Shown in pieces: positions 14,391 to 27,169 of a DNA stretch of 64,000 nucleotides; position 1 is the stretch's first letter; each line of letters starts with the position of its first letter. Made by a program: the position numbers and the translations under genes. Origin of the DNA: the human T2T-CHM13v2.0 reference genome, Homo sapiens; NCBI RefSeq assembly GCF_009914755.1, contig NC_060927.1. One strand, written 5' to 3'. A model generated the notes under the pieces. It was not told the DNA's origin. It saw nothing but the letters and a program-made list of their open reading frames with translations, and made no database searches.

Positions 14391-14640
14391 CGTAAGAAAG
14401 GCCAAGTTATTTGCCAAGTGCTGGGAGAAGGCAGAATGCCAGGACCATTGGTCAGATGTAGAAAGGGTTTTCTAAGGCAGTACAGTTTGAGCTGAGTTTG
14501 AAGGTGGCCAAGAGACCTGGCATGAAGTTGAAAGAGTGATTCTGGTCAAGGGGAGTGCAGGTTTCCGGGTGCTTTTTGACTGTGTACTCCAAAGTCTCAG
14601 CTACCCAGAGTGACCATACCGACCTCTGACCTCCCCACAG

Positions 14641-14833
14641 TGAGGACGTGTGCAAACGTGGCTTCACTGTCATCATCGACATGCGGGGCTCCAAGTGGGA
14701 CCTCATCAAGCCCCTCCTCAAAACGCTGCAGGAAGCCTTTCCAGCTGAGATCCATGTGGCCCTCATCATTAAACCCGACAACTTCTGGCAGAAACAGAAG
14801 ACCAACTTTGGCAGCTCCAAATTCATCTTTGAG
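14641..14833 (+). CDS. KALRN: KALRN internal coding exon (193 bp), Sec14/CRAL-TRIO domain
   Basis: Acceptor ctccccacAG|T and donor GAG|GTgagc. After 1 carried-over base it reads EDVCKRGFTVIIDMRGSKWDLIKPLLKTLQEAFPAEIHVALIIKPDNFWQKQKTNFGSSKFIFE, which I recognise as kalirin rather than its paralog TRIO. Ends in phase 0. Confidence 0.97.
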
Positions 14834-15159
14834 GTGAGCCAGATTTCTCTCTCTTAGCATCTTCTTTCCCTTCCCCTTCTGCCATCCACACATTTCTCAC
14901 GTCCTCTTCTCTATCTACCATACAGTATGTGACACCTCAAGGGCTGAGATTTCAGGATTCCTTGGCCGCCATGGCCTTACCAGTTAGAGTATGGGGAGGA
15001 ACAAGAGGCTCACGAGATTGTCCCAAATGCACACCTTCATTAGACAGTCTTATTTACTGTTGGTGGTTGTGTTAACTGGGACAACTGTTTGTGGAGGCAG
15101 CTTTGCAATTTGTAACAAAAACCTTAGGAAGAGTTTATATCCATTGATGTAGCAATTCT

Positions 15160-15422
15160 TTTTTTATTGCTGTATCATAGTTGTACATATTTTTGGGTAC
15201 ATGTGACATTTTGATGCCTGTATACAGTATATAACGATCAAATCAGAGTAAATGGGATATCCATCACCTCAAACATTTATCATTTCTTTGTGCTAGAAAC
15301 ATTACAGTTCTCTTCTAGCTTTTGAAATATACCATAAATGATTGTTAACTATAATTCCTCTACTGTGCTATTGAATACTAGAACTTATTCCTTCTATTTG
15401 ACTGTATTTCTGTATCTAGTAA
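15160..15422 (-). mobile_element. L1 (L1MA-like) 3' end fragment
   Basis: TTGTACATATTTTTGGGTACATGTGA...GATCAAATCAG...CCATCACCTCAAACATTTATCATTTCTTTGTG. Confidence 0.75.
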
Positions 15423-15439
15423 CTAATTTAAGAAAATAT

Positions 15440-15441
<2 letters not shown>

Positions 15442-15491
<50 letters not shown>

Positions 15492-15770
15492 AGATAGAGT
15501 CTCACTCTGTTACCCAGGCTGGAGTGCAGTGATGATCTCGGCTCACTGCAACCTCTGCCTCCTGGGTTCAAGTGATTCTCCTGCCTCAGCCTCCTGAGCA
15601 GCTGGGACTACAGGCACCTGCCACCATGCCTAGCTAATTTTTGTGTTTTTAGTAGAGATAGGGTTTCATCATGTTGGCCTGGCTGGTCTCAAACTCCTTA
15701 CCTCAGGTCATCTGCCCACCTCAGCCTCCCAAAATGCTGGGATTACAGGCATGAGCCACTGTGCCCAGCC
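15442..15770 (-). mobile_element. AluS with pure T49 tail and ~18-20 bp TSD
   Basis: TAATTTAAGAAAATATTCTT at 15424-15443 and 15771-15790. T run 15442-15490. Confidence 0.95.
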
Positions 15771-16006
15771 TAATTTAAGAAAATATTCTTAATATGAAAT
15801 CTCAACAAACAAGAAGGTAAAAAGCCAGGTAAAATTGCAAACAAGAAATGTCTACAAGAATGTTCATCACAGCTCACATGTTCCTATACAATAGTATATA
15901 TACACATGTGCATAAATATTTATACATATATAGTGCATATACATACACATATATAGGTTGTATCCTTGCTAGCCATGACTGTTGGTGACATTAACCCACA
16001 AATACT

Positions 16007-16345
<339 letters not shown>

Positions 16346-17462
16346 CTATGAAGCCAGGAAAAGCCATATTTAGAAAAAATAGTATTAAAATATTTATTGT
16401 TTAGTAAAATGCAGGTGATAAAACAATATGGACACTATAATCTGAGATTTGTTTTTAAAGTGCATGTATGGAGAAGAAAACTGAGATTGAAGATGTTAGT
16501 GATGGTTTATTCTACGTGACTGGATAGTGGATGGTTTTTATTTACTTCATATGTTTTTATTTTTTTCAAGGATGATGTATTACTTTCATAATCAAGGAAA
16601 ACATGTTTTTAAACTAAATTTTCTGGAGGGTATATGTTTCCCCTGAGAATTTTCAATGACAATACATCAGATTAAATCAATGATTTAAGCGTCTGTATTC
16701 CAGCCAAATATAAACTGTTCCCTTCCTCAGAATTCTAGTCCTCATCTGCAAGGGGATGAACTTTTAAATGTGTGTGTGTTGAAAACACAGAGCTGCTTTT
16801 AATCTTTCAGCAGCTTCCCATTCCAGACTTTTGTGCCCTGGGGGCCAGGAGCGCCTGTGTGTGGTGTCAAATAGGCTGTGATTTGAGCACAATGACCTGA
16901 CACTTGATGCAGGCGATTCTCACTCTGTGTAAACAATACAAGAAATTTGGCTTGGTATAAAAACAGTGACCTATTATAGTCTCCTGGCACCCCTCCAGAA
17001 CACTAGAAGTCCTGTAGGGAAATGCTTTCTATATTTTGGCTTGTTTATACAGAGGTGGTGACAACAAGCCTATAGATGTATAAGCTGAAGAGACTGAAAA
17101 GCATGTTTTCAGTAAGTCTTGATACTTCTGCTTCAGCATTGCTGGCCTGCATGTCCCATCTCTCTGTACCTCTTTCACTCTAAGTTGAACAAGCTTGTCT
17201 CTGCCTCCTAAATAAGAGGATAGGAGAGATAGCTGGGGGCCTCCCAATCAAAGGAATATTTATAAGGCAGTATCTTAAAAACAGTGAATTTAATACTTAG
17301 TGCAGACTGGGGTGACAAGTGATACAGAGATGAGAGTATAAGCTTGTTCAACAACAGATACTTATACAACAGATATATAATAATTGGTAAGTATAATGAT
17401 GGAGGACTTCCCGGAAGTGGTAAACTTTGAGCCAAATTTGAAGGAGAAAGTACTTTGGAATA

Positions 17463-17812
17463 GGGTTTCTCAAGTTTAATGCACACAAATCTCCTGGGGA
17501 TTTTGAAAATGCAGATTCTGCCTCAATAGGTCTGGGGTAAGGCCTAAGATTCTGCATTTCTAACAAGCTCCCATGTGATGCCAATACTGCTGGTCTGAGA
17601 GCTATGCTTTGAGTAGCAAGGATGGAGATTAGCAGGAGTTTGCAACTCTACTTGCACATTAGAATCATCTGAGGGACTCTTAAACCTACTGATGTCCAAG
17701 CTCCCATTTAGCCAATTAAATCAGAATTTCTAGGGATGAGGTTTGAGCATTGGTATTTTTGCACACTCCCCAAAGGATTCTAATGAGCAGTCAAGTTTGA
17801 CAACCATTGTTC
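17463..17812. mobile_element. Two adjacent MER5-family (hAT-Charlie) elements
   Basis: TTTCTCAAGTTT...ATGCAGATTCTG...TTCTGCATTTCTAACAAGCTCCCA...CTTTGAGTAGCAAG, then CACATTAGAATCATCTG...AGTTTGACAACCATTG. Confidence 0.75.
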
Positions 17813-17979
17813 CAGACCAGTCCTCCTGCCTATGGCACCTCCTTCCTTCCTCTTAGGAGAGGGGTGGAAAGAGAAGGAACAAAGAGGGGATGCTCAGAGA
17901 GTGGCAAGACACAGAGAGATAAATTGCTTTTCAGGTTTTGAGTAATGATGCAGCCTTCAGATCATCAGAGTGAGCACTA

Positions 17980-18172
17980 ACAGGGATTGAGCATGTACTC
18001 CATGCTATGCACCCTATGTGCTTTACACACATTGATACATTTAATCTCTGCAAGCCCCATGAGGAAGGAATAATTATCTCCATTACACAGAGGAGGAGAC
18101 TGAGGCTCTGAGACCTTAATAGCTTGCCCTGGGTCACACAGTTAATAAGCATAGGGCTGGGACCCAAACACA
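17980..18172 (-). mobile_element. MIR
   Basis: TTACACAGAGGAGGAGACTGAGGCTCTGAGA...CTTGCCCTGGGTCACACAG. Confidence 0.7.
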
Positions 18173-18920
18173 GATATTAATTTGCTAGCCTCTCATTCTT
18201 CATGAGAAAGAAGAGAAGCCTAAAGCCCTATAGGAAGGAAAAGATGTTTACTAATAAACTAAGGTGGTTGCCTGCATCATCATTTGCTGGAGACACTTTC
18301 CTTCCTGGAGACAAACATTCTCCAGTCCGCTCTCCAGGAGCTTGTAGGGGCCTCACAGAGAAAACCAAGGGCGCAGACTCCCCTGTTGCCCATCCCTAGT
18401 TCTGTTCACCATACCACAGAAGAGCTAAAAGGGAGAGCCTTGGAAAAGATAAGACTGTGAAATCTTTGCAGCCCAAGCACTGGCCCATGTTGCTTAATCC
18501 AACTATGATGATACCCTGGGTCCACGGGCCTTGGTTTTAAAGCTGTAGAAAACTGTCCCCCAGAAACTAGGTCAGTTTTTCTTCCAGCTTCTGCTTCTAG
18601 CCTCTGAAGCCCTTTTGAAGTGAACTGGGGTCAGGAGGAGGGAAAATGAGGAGAGGAGGGACACAAAAGCAGTTCTTCTGGGGTGGTAAATGGCTGGCAG
18701 TTGTAGAGGCTTGCTAAAGCAGTCAGCAGTCTGTAGAAACTGCTGATCCTGACTGATCTGTGACTCCTGACCAGTGAGTCCCATGGCCTCCACTCACCAT
18801 TTCCGAGGCAGGCTGTGGTCATTATTATGTGGATTTATCTTGTCCTTTCCCTCATCCTATTTCTGCCCTGTTCTTCCCCTGACATCACTGAGTATCCTTG
18901 TCTGTGTCTGCCCCTTCCAG

Positions 18921-19433
18921 ACGAGCATGGTATCTGTGGAGGGCCTCACAAAGCTGGTGGACCCCTCCCAGCTGACGGAGGAGTTTGATGGCTCCCTGGA
19001 CTACAACCATGAGGAGTGGATCGAACTGCGGCTCTCCCTGGAGGAGTTCTTCAACAGCGCCGTGCACCTGCTCTCGCGCCTCGAGGACCTCCAGGAGATG
19101 CTAGCCCGGAAGGAGTTTCCTGTGGATGTGGAGGGCTCTCGGCGGCTCATTGACGAACACACACAGCTCAAGAAAAAGGTGCTGAAGGCCCCTGTGGAGG
19201 AGCTGGACCGGGAGGGGCAGCGGCTGCTGCAGTGCATCCGCTGCAGCGACGGCTTCTCAGGACGCAACTGCATCCCGGGCAGTGCTGACTTCCAGAGCCT
19301 GGTGCCCAAGATCACCAGTCTCCTGGACAAGCTGCACTCCACCCGGCAGCACCTGCACCAGATGTGGCACGTGCGCAAGCTCAAGCTGGACCAGTGCTTT
19401 CAGCTGCGGCTCTTCGAGCAGGATGCTGAGAAG
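18921..19433 (+). CDS. KALRN: KALRN internal coding exon (513 bp, 171 codons), end of Sec14 domain and first spectrin-like repeat region
   Basis: Acceptor ccccttccAG|ACG and donor AAG|GTagga. Reads TSMVSVEGLTKLVDPSQLTEEFDGSLDYNHEEWIELR...CFQLRLFEQDAEK, in frame with the previous exon. GC/CpG-rich relative to flanking intron. Phase 0-0. Confidence 0.97.
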
Positions 19434-19579
19434 GTAGGAAGGGAACAGGCCAAACCTGAGCCGGGATGGGGGTGAGGGAGCAGAGGTTGCTCATCCAACT
19501 TTCTGATTAATGATAGTACTTTCCTGGAAAGCTTTAAAACAGTGTGCCTACTAGTTTTAGCTAATGTAATTTTTTTAAG

Positions 19580-19780
19580 CTCACCCTTATATAGTGTGTA
19601 TTATGTGCCCAGTATTGTTCTAAGCACTGTGTGTAAATTTACTCATTTTAATCCTTTCAAGAGTCCTGAGAGGTAGATGTACTATTATAATCACATTTTA
19701 CAGATGAAGAAACTGAAAGGTTAAAGAATTCACCAAGCTGGGAAGTGCAGTCTGGCTCCAGGGTCCCTGCTTTTACCTAC
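19580..19780 (-). mobile_element. MIR
   Basis: TATGTGCC...GTTCTAAGCAC...CTCATTTTAATCCT...TTTTACAGATGAAGAAACTGA. Confidence 0.7.
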
Positions 19781-20976
19781 TGTTAGAAGCTGCCCCGAGT
19801 GCCTGCAATGAGTGGCTCAAGCCAGCTAAGGAACAAAAACAGTACTGTTAACAGCCACTATAATATTAATTAGTGATTATGGCCCTGCAATGTATTTTAC
19901 CATTGACAAACCACTTTCACACAGTCTTATTTAATCTGCATAATCCTTTGATCCTTATGGGTTGAGTGGTGGCATCTCTCTTGACATGCAGGGAAACGGA
20001 TGTTCTTTGATCTTGGGTCTACAGTGACAGAGCTGACATCTGAATCCAGCATTTTTCTGTTTCTAAGTCCAGGGCTCTTCCTGCCATACCCACTTGTTTC
20101 CAAAGGTTTCTCTTCAGCTGCTAAGCACTTTCTTGAGTAAGACACCATTTTTTCCAGCAGTGAATTTTCAAAGCTTTCCCCTTATCAGGGAAAAGTAAGA
20201 TAAGAGAATGTAAAAAAGGAAAATTGCATATAGTGCCTCTTTGCTGAGGATACAAAGGTATCTTTCCTAGATTCTCTTTAAGCTAAAGAGAAGAAAGAAG
20301 AGTTTACTATTATATGTGCTTTAAGAAGAATAAAATAGGCTCTCTTCCTATGAGTTTTCTGGATATAACTTATATTTAAATGGCCAATACTGTTCTTAGG
20401 GATGCCATGACATCTCTCAGTAACCTGTGAATTTTACAATGTCTGATATCATGGTTTTCTGTCTTTTAAGAGCTCATATTGAAAAATGTCTCTAGGTATT
20501 TTTAAATGATGAAATCGAGATCTTCAGCTCTCTGTATAAGTGTGATCCCAATTTATGTATTAAATATAACTGCAAGAAAATTTATCAGAATATTAATAGT
20601 TTTGCTTCCTTGGGGCAGGCTTATGGTTGATTTTAATTTCTCTGTATAATTTTATAATGTTTTCTAATTTTTTATAACATATAGTAAAAAAATTAGTATA
20701 TGCAGTTTTTTTAATGCATATCACTTTTTATAGCATATCACTTTTTATATACCTTTTGAATATGATTTAAGCAAGGTTTGGGAACTTCTGACCTTTCTTG
20801 GGGCTCTTTGCCCAGTGGCCTGGAAGCCTGGGTCTGACCCTGGCCTGACCTGCCCTAAGAAGGGCAGCTTAGACCTCAGAATTCCTGCATTGCTCACCGA
20901 GTGATTAGATGCCAAGGCAGGAGCCAGCTGTTCTGTGAAGCCAGAATCAGGTACTTTGGCTCTGTTGCCAGTTTTG

Positions 20977-21309
20977 TTTTCTTTGTTTATTTTTTTGTTT
21001 TGTTTTTGTTTTTTTTTTGTTTTTTTGAGACGGAGTCTCGCTCTGTCGCCCATGCTGAAGTGCAGTGGCACCATCTCAGCTCACTGCAAGCTCCACCTCC
21101 CGGGTTCACGCCATTCTCCTGCCTCAGCCTCCTGAGTAGCTGGGATTACAGGTGCCTGCCACCATGCCTGGCTAATTTTTTGTATTTTTTTAGTAGAGAC
21201 GGGGTTTCACCGTGTTAGCCAGGATGGTCTCGATCTCCTGACCTCGTGATCCACTCACCTTGGCCTCCCAAAGTGCTGAGATTACAGGCGTGAGCCACCG
21301 TGCCCGGCC
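20977..21309 (-). mobile_element. AluY with 15-bp TSD
   Basis: AluY diagnostics CTGCAAGCTCC, GTTCACGCCATTCTCC, CCGTGTTAGCCAGGATGGTCTCGATCTCCTGACCTCGTGATCC. CTGTTGCCAGTTTTG at 20962-20976 and 21310-21324. Confidence 0.93.
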
Positions 21310-21970
21310 CTGTTGCCAGTTTTGGAAAGATCTGGAACATCTCTTTTTTCTTGAGGCCTGTTTTGCTCTGGGGCAGGGAATCTGCTTTGCAGCCTGGCCT
21401 GGGTGCCTGTTTCAGTGAGCAAGGGACAGAAAGGGAGGTGGGAGACTTAGGTCTGCCTAGGTATGTTTTAGAGTTTGGGGCACTTCATGGTATCCCTCAG
21501 GCTCAAGGACATGGGAAGCCTGCATAGGGCACAGATAGTGCCTGTCTGAAAAACCAAGTAAACAGCATACCATAGCTCCAGAAGTTCCCAGGTCAAGGAG
21601 GCTGCCTTTCTAGGGCCTGCCAAGTTCCATTCAACAGGGCAGTAATTGCTGTTACACCTATATGCTCTCAATCCATGTTCATAAGAATTGTATAGTACAT
21701 TGATAATTACTACTTTACAGTTGAAGAAATGGAAACTCAGAGAGGTGAAGTGGCTGGCCCAAGGTCATACTGTTGGTTAGCCAGGGCCAGTGTTTTAATC
21801 TGTCTCCAAAGCCCATCCAAGCTCTTATCCAATAACCCTGCTGTCCCTCTGCTCCCAGAGCTTGCCTTCTGCTACCACTGAACACCACCTGTTAGCCCCT
21901 AGGTCTCCTGGCGCATGCCTTGATGGCCCTAGAGAAAAATCCCAAATCCTACATTTTAATGCTCATTCCA

Positions 21971-22690
21971 CAGCAGGGGCTCTTTCTGTGCCATGGACTC
22001 TTTTGGTCTGGTGAAGCATATGGACCCCTTCTCAGAATAACATTTGTAAATGTACAAAAAATATACATAGGCTTGGAAAACAATTACTTAAACACGGTTA
22101 TTTGCAGGAACAGAAAACCAAATACCACAGGTTCCGACTTATAAGTGGGAGGTAATCATTGGATACTCATGGACTTAAGGATGGCAACATAGCAACTGGG
22201 GACTACTGGAGGCAGTAAAGAGAGAGGGGGCTAAGGGTTGAAAAACTAACTATTGGGTACTATACCCATACCTGGGTAATAGGATTATACCCAAGTAATA
22301 AACCTGCATATGTATCCCTTGAATCTAAATTAAACGTTAAAAATAAAATAAGGAAATAGTTATTACGTTTTAAAAATAGCAGCACTATATGTATTTTTAA
22401 TTAACATACTAATAAGATCTACTTGAAGTCTAATAACTACCATAATCCTGAAGTAGTGATGAATGTAAATAAATGATGTTTCAGGACAACAGCCCTGATG
22501 TGATATGAAAATGTGTGTGTTTCTATTGGAGTCAGAGACACACACTAATGCAGTTTGTTGACTGTGTTCATAATGGAAGAGAATGCTATATTTCAGTTAG
22601 AGGTTAGTGAAAATAAAGACGTGATTTTTTTCCCTATCCAAATATATGATCCCTGAATTCTATCCATGAACCCAAGGTTTAGAATGTCTG
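21971..22690. mobile_element. hAT-Charlie-like DNA transposon fossil interrupted by an L1 3' end
   Basis: TGTGCCATGGAC...CTGGTGAAGC.TATGGACCCCTTCTCAGAATAA at the left end and ...ATCCATGAACCCAAGGTT at the right end. Confidence 0.5.
22105..22350 (+). mobile_element. L1PB-like 3' end fragment
   Basis: CAGAAAACCAAATACCAC...CTTATAAGTGGGAG...GGTTGAAAAACTAACTATTGGGTACTAT...AACCTGCATATGTATCCC. Confidence 0.8.
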
Positions 22691-25600
22691 TTGTGTGATG
22701 TGCTCATACCTTAAAAAGGAGTGTGGGGGAGTGGGCGAATGTGCACGTGTGTATGTTCATGCATGTGCATGTGAGTAGAGGGGTGGGGAGAGAGGGAGAG
22801 AATATTCAAAACAAGGGAGCAAAAAGAAGGGTGGGACGAGGGCAGCCCAGGAATATTTTGAGGTTGAGTCAGTGGTGAAAATGCCACTCAAGCTTGACCC
22901 AGCTGCCACTGAAAATGTGCTGAGTGCTGGACAGGGTAGAAAAACAGTCCTTTTAAGTTGCTTTAAGATTAATTTAAAATATCTGTGCGGAGCTAAGTGC
23001 CTCAGCCTTTGACTTATTTGGTGGCTTTGGAAGGGGGTGAAGAGGGTGATGGTTTGGAATAAGGGCTGTGAGTGTGGATCCACATCTAAACAAGGGCTTG
23101 AGGAAGTAGTTACTGCCTGAGCCAAGTCTTAGTCTCCCTTCTGGTGGGAGGCTGGTTGGCGGAGGCCTCTAATTCCAGATCTGGGAAGCTCTTGGCAATC
23201 AGAGGAGTCTGGTGATAGTTCAGCCTCTATTTTTGTAAAAGAGGTGGGCGCAGTCTCGCCCCTGGCCTTGCAGGGTGACAGCTTGTTCCCAAGGGCTTGA
23301 AAATGGGTTGGTGTTCCCCATTTACCAGCTGGCCTTGGGGAGTGAAGCTGCCTCTCACTTATTCCCCTGACACCTGTGGTGAGCCCCCACATTCCCCATC
23401 TTGGAGGTGCTGGGGAGTGGGCCGTGCTCTCTCCCAATTAAGTATCTAGGGAGTAGGGCCTCTGTTCCACAGATAATTCATAAAGCAAGTCACTCATTCA
23501 TTTAATAATCAATGTTGAACAGCTGTCGTGAGCCACCAAAAGGGTGGGTAGGCCAGAAGTTCTGTCTGGAGCAGCTCACCATCTAATTAAGCAAGTGAGC
23601 ACATAAGCTCCTGTGTATTCACTTTTTTTTATTTTTAAAAGCAGGTTTATTGAGGTATAATTGATAAACAATAAGTGGCACATATTTAACATATATGATC
23701 TGATAAGTTTGGACATACGTATACACCTATAAAACCATCAAGGTAATAGACATAGCCATACCTCCAAAAGTTTTTTTGTTTCCCTTTGCATAAACTCTTA
23801 CTTATTAAATGCTTTCTGTGCATGCTGTACTGTCCTAGGCACAGCCTCTGTGCTTGGAGAATGTTCAGAGAAGAGGGAACACTGCTGCTCAGGAATGACA
23901 GGAAAGTCTTAATGAGCAATCTGTGGAAACAGAGTAATTCAGAGATGATTCAAACAATGCATGATGTTAGATGAACCACTGCAGTCTCAGCCGGGCGCCC
24001 TCTGGTCTATAACTAATGGGCCTGTCCTCCACTGTATTCGCAGAACACAAGCCAGGTCACCACTCATTGGCCTGGTGCAGATTAAGGCTCTCTGTGCAGC
24101 CATGTTTCACATCTGGCCACCCCTCCAGTTGTGGTAGACCCTGTGTGATGAAGGTGTCTGCCCTGCAAACACAACCTATTACTGAAGAGAAGGGATGGGC
24201 CTCTTCCCCACTGGGGGCCATATGTGGTCTTAAAGGTCATTAAGTAGACTCATTGTAGATGTGCCTTTGGAAAATGGAAGGGTGAGTGCTACTCAGTGGA
24301 AGATCCTCCCCCGACACACCCCTTCCTGGGTGCCTAGGGCACATCTTCTAATGCTAGAACTAGAAGCAGCCGTGAAGTCCACACGTCTACCTCCCACACA
24401 CCGTAGAAATCCCAGCCTTGCCATCTGATGACAGTCATTATGACCTCGTGATGTCAATGTGCTGATGCCAATGATAAGTATCAGAAAATATCGAAACTCC
24501 CATCTGCCTTCTGATGTGGGGAAGGCCCTCAGTCTTCCAGTCTTTTCAGGGAAGGAGCAGAGCTTCGAAGAGTTCCGGTGCATAACTAGACTTAACTGAT
24601 TGAGAAATCTTTATCTACTTCATTTCTGAATAAAGGAAGCTCTACTGATGTCTACCCAGGAGGCCCATTTTTTAGCCTTGCCCAAAGCTATTCTGGAAAG
24701 GAGAAGATATTCGCACTTTGGGAGAATCCCCAAAAGAGTGAACAAAGCTGGCTAATGGGGCTTCCAGTATTGAAATCATGCCTATTATTGGTTTATGCAG
24801 CACATTGTATTTGTTTAATGTGTAAATGCATGGTTGGGAAACACCCAAGACAATATCCTTATCACCCTGCTTGAGAGGATATTTTGGTGCCTACCTCCCC
24901 CATGACCAAGACATCTAGCCCAAATGAGAATCTCTCATTTTTTTTTTAGGTGTTCAGCAGAGACTGTGGCCTCCGTGGCTGCCTAGCCCTGCCTTTACCA
25001 CTACAGGAAAGCTCACCTTGGAAAACCTAATTTTTAAATGCCTTCCTGCATATTCATTTTTGCACGGTGAAATTCTATTCACATCCATGGGTGCCATGCT
25101 GAAATGGAGCTGTGGTGGGTGGGGTTAGGATTTGTCCTGGGGTGACACGTATCAATTGTGAGACATTAGGCACATCTTTAACTTATCACCCCCAATTGTG
25201 TTACCGACAAAACAAAGATAAAGAATTTATATTACTTCTACTTCAGCATCTTTTGACTTTTCTTCTGCTTCCACACTGCACTGTTCTCATGCACAATACT
25301 CTCTCTTCATGAAAACATCTTTCAACAGGAGAAGTGGGGTGGCCACGGTCATGGTGGTGGTAGCTTTGGAGGTGGTGATGACAGAGAATAAACTTCTGAG
25401 GAGATGTACCAGAATCTGCAGAGTGGTTTAATAAAGCCCCACCCCAACCCCAATCCATTTCTCTTCCTTCCTCTTCCTTTGAGACTTGCTCCACTAAATA
25501 AATATCTAAGCCCTTTTACAACTTAACAATTGTATAATACTTTTTGCTTTTGTGCTTTTTCATTCTCCCCTACATATTTATAGTGGGTTCTTCTCTTTTC

Positions 25601-26517
25601 AGGATTGTTGCCTTGGGTAATTATGAAAAATAAGAAACCTCTCAGCAAATAAAACCCTACTCCCTTGAGGTTTTGTTTGTTTGTTTGCTTAAAAAAAAGA
25701 CAAACTTCTTCGCAGGGTTGTTATGAGAATTGAGTGGGGTTATGTATGTAGCAGTGCCTGGCATGGTGCCTGGCCCAGCATAGCTATTCCAGGAACATTG
25801 GCTTCCCTTCCTTCTCCCTGCACTATTTCAGTTATGATTTACTCTTCAGTCATGGGTGCCTGCTGAGACCATGAAGAGTGTCACTGATGCTCTCTTCCAA
25901 ATGAACCTGCTCTAAATCATTTTCAATTATCCTTAATGGAACAAAATTCAGAATTGATTTTTGAGAGAAGTTGGAAATTATGGTGTAGATTCTTGGGGGT
26001 CCTGCAGGTCACCAGGCTATGCAGTGCCCCTGGGCAGGGCACAAAAGAGGAGCACATAGGTCACACTGGGGTCACACCTGAGGAGTCAGGGCGGGGACAT
26101 CCTCCACAGGGAAAGTTCTCTGGAAAAACAAGGTCTGTCCTTGAAGCAGCCCCAGAGAAAAGTGATTCTTCCTGGTGTCCCATGAGAGGTGAGCACCTGT
26201 CCCCATGCACCCTCTACATCTGAGACACTTGTCACCTTCTGCTTTGCAGTATAGCTAAGAGCATATTTGTCTTATTCCCTTGCAAACTTGGGGCCAGAAA
26301 TACTTCCTATGGCAATGTTTATGCATTTTAATATTCTTGGAAGTCTGTGCAAACAAAATAATGCTGCTTTTATGTTAATCACCATGAGAAAATCTACACT
26401 GGGCACCACTGGGCATCGTGGTAGGCAGCAGACCACTGTGCTAAGGGTGATGTGCTTATTGCGTTTTGAGGTTGGTATGTCCTGTTGGCCACATTAGCAT
26501 TGCAGGACATCCCCAGG

Positions 26518-26640
26518 ATGCCCCGTCACTGGGCAAAGTATCCACTGCTATTTCCTGTCCTCTCCCTCCAAGGTATAAACAGTTCTGGTCACTCCCTAGA
26601 GCCCAAAACAGGACCCAAAGTCTTATCCTGCCTGGGGTGA
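26518..26640 (+). repeat. Donor of a 123-bp segment copied to 28885-29007
   Basis: Ungapped alignment, 3 mismatches. Confidence 0.95.
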
Positions 26641-27107
26641 CCAGAACCAGTGGGGCTGTTGTAGAGAAATCCTGCTGCTTCTACTTCCCTGGTGGACCCT
26701 GGCCCACTGTCTCTTCTCTTCCCCACACCTCCAACACCCCCATTCCCCATGAGGCAGCAGTAACATGATTCCACTGTCATTTGTCAAAGTGAAGTGCCTT
26801 TGCAGTAATTACAATATGTAATTCTTTTCGGAATGTTCAAAGTATTTTCACACCCATGACCTTAGAGATTTTCTGGCCCAGCCCTTCCTTTTACATAGTA
26901 ATCTTTGACCCAGAGCAGAGACCCACCCAAAATCATCCAGTCCATGGTTCATCATCCAAGTCTCCCATGTACTGTGTGTGATAGGCCAGGTGGGCACGTA
27001 TAGGGGCATCATTTCACAGATGGGAAAGCTGAGACTTGGTGTGCTTGAGTGGTTTGCTTGGGATAGAGTCCTCTGCTTTGAAGCTGGTGCTCCTCCCTCT
27101 TCTCCCA

Positions 27108-27169
27108 ACACACGCACGCACACATGTGCGCATGCACACACACATGTGTGCACACGTGCACACACACAC
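27108..27169. repeat. 62-bp perfectly alternating purine-pyrimidine tract (CA/TG/CG mix)
   Basis: ACACACGCACGCACACATGTGCGCATGCACACACACATGTGTGCACACGTGCACACACACAC. Confidence 0.9.

Noticed and set aside
14452-14893. Antisense and alternative-frame ORFs over the exon (also 18885-19384)
   Set aside because: These are expected shadows of GC-rich coding sequence and have no independent support.
18774-19475. 233-aa ORF as a standalone gene or extended exon
   Set aside because: Only 18921-19433 is kalirin-like and bounded by AG/GT. The flanks are intronic read-through, including the polypyrimidine tract.
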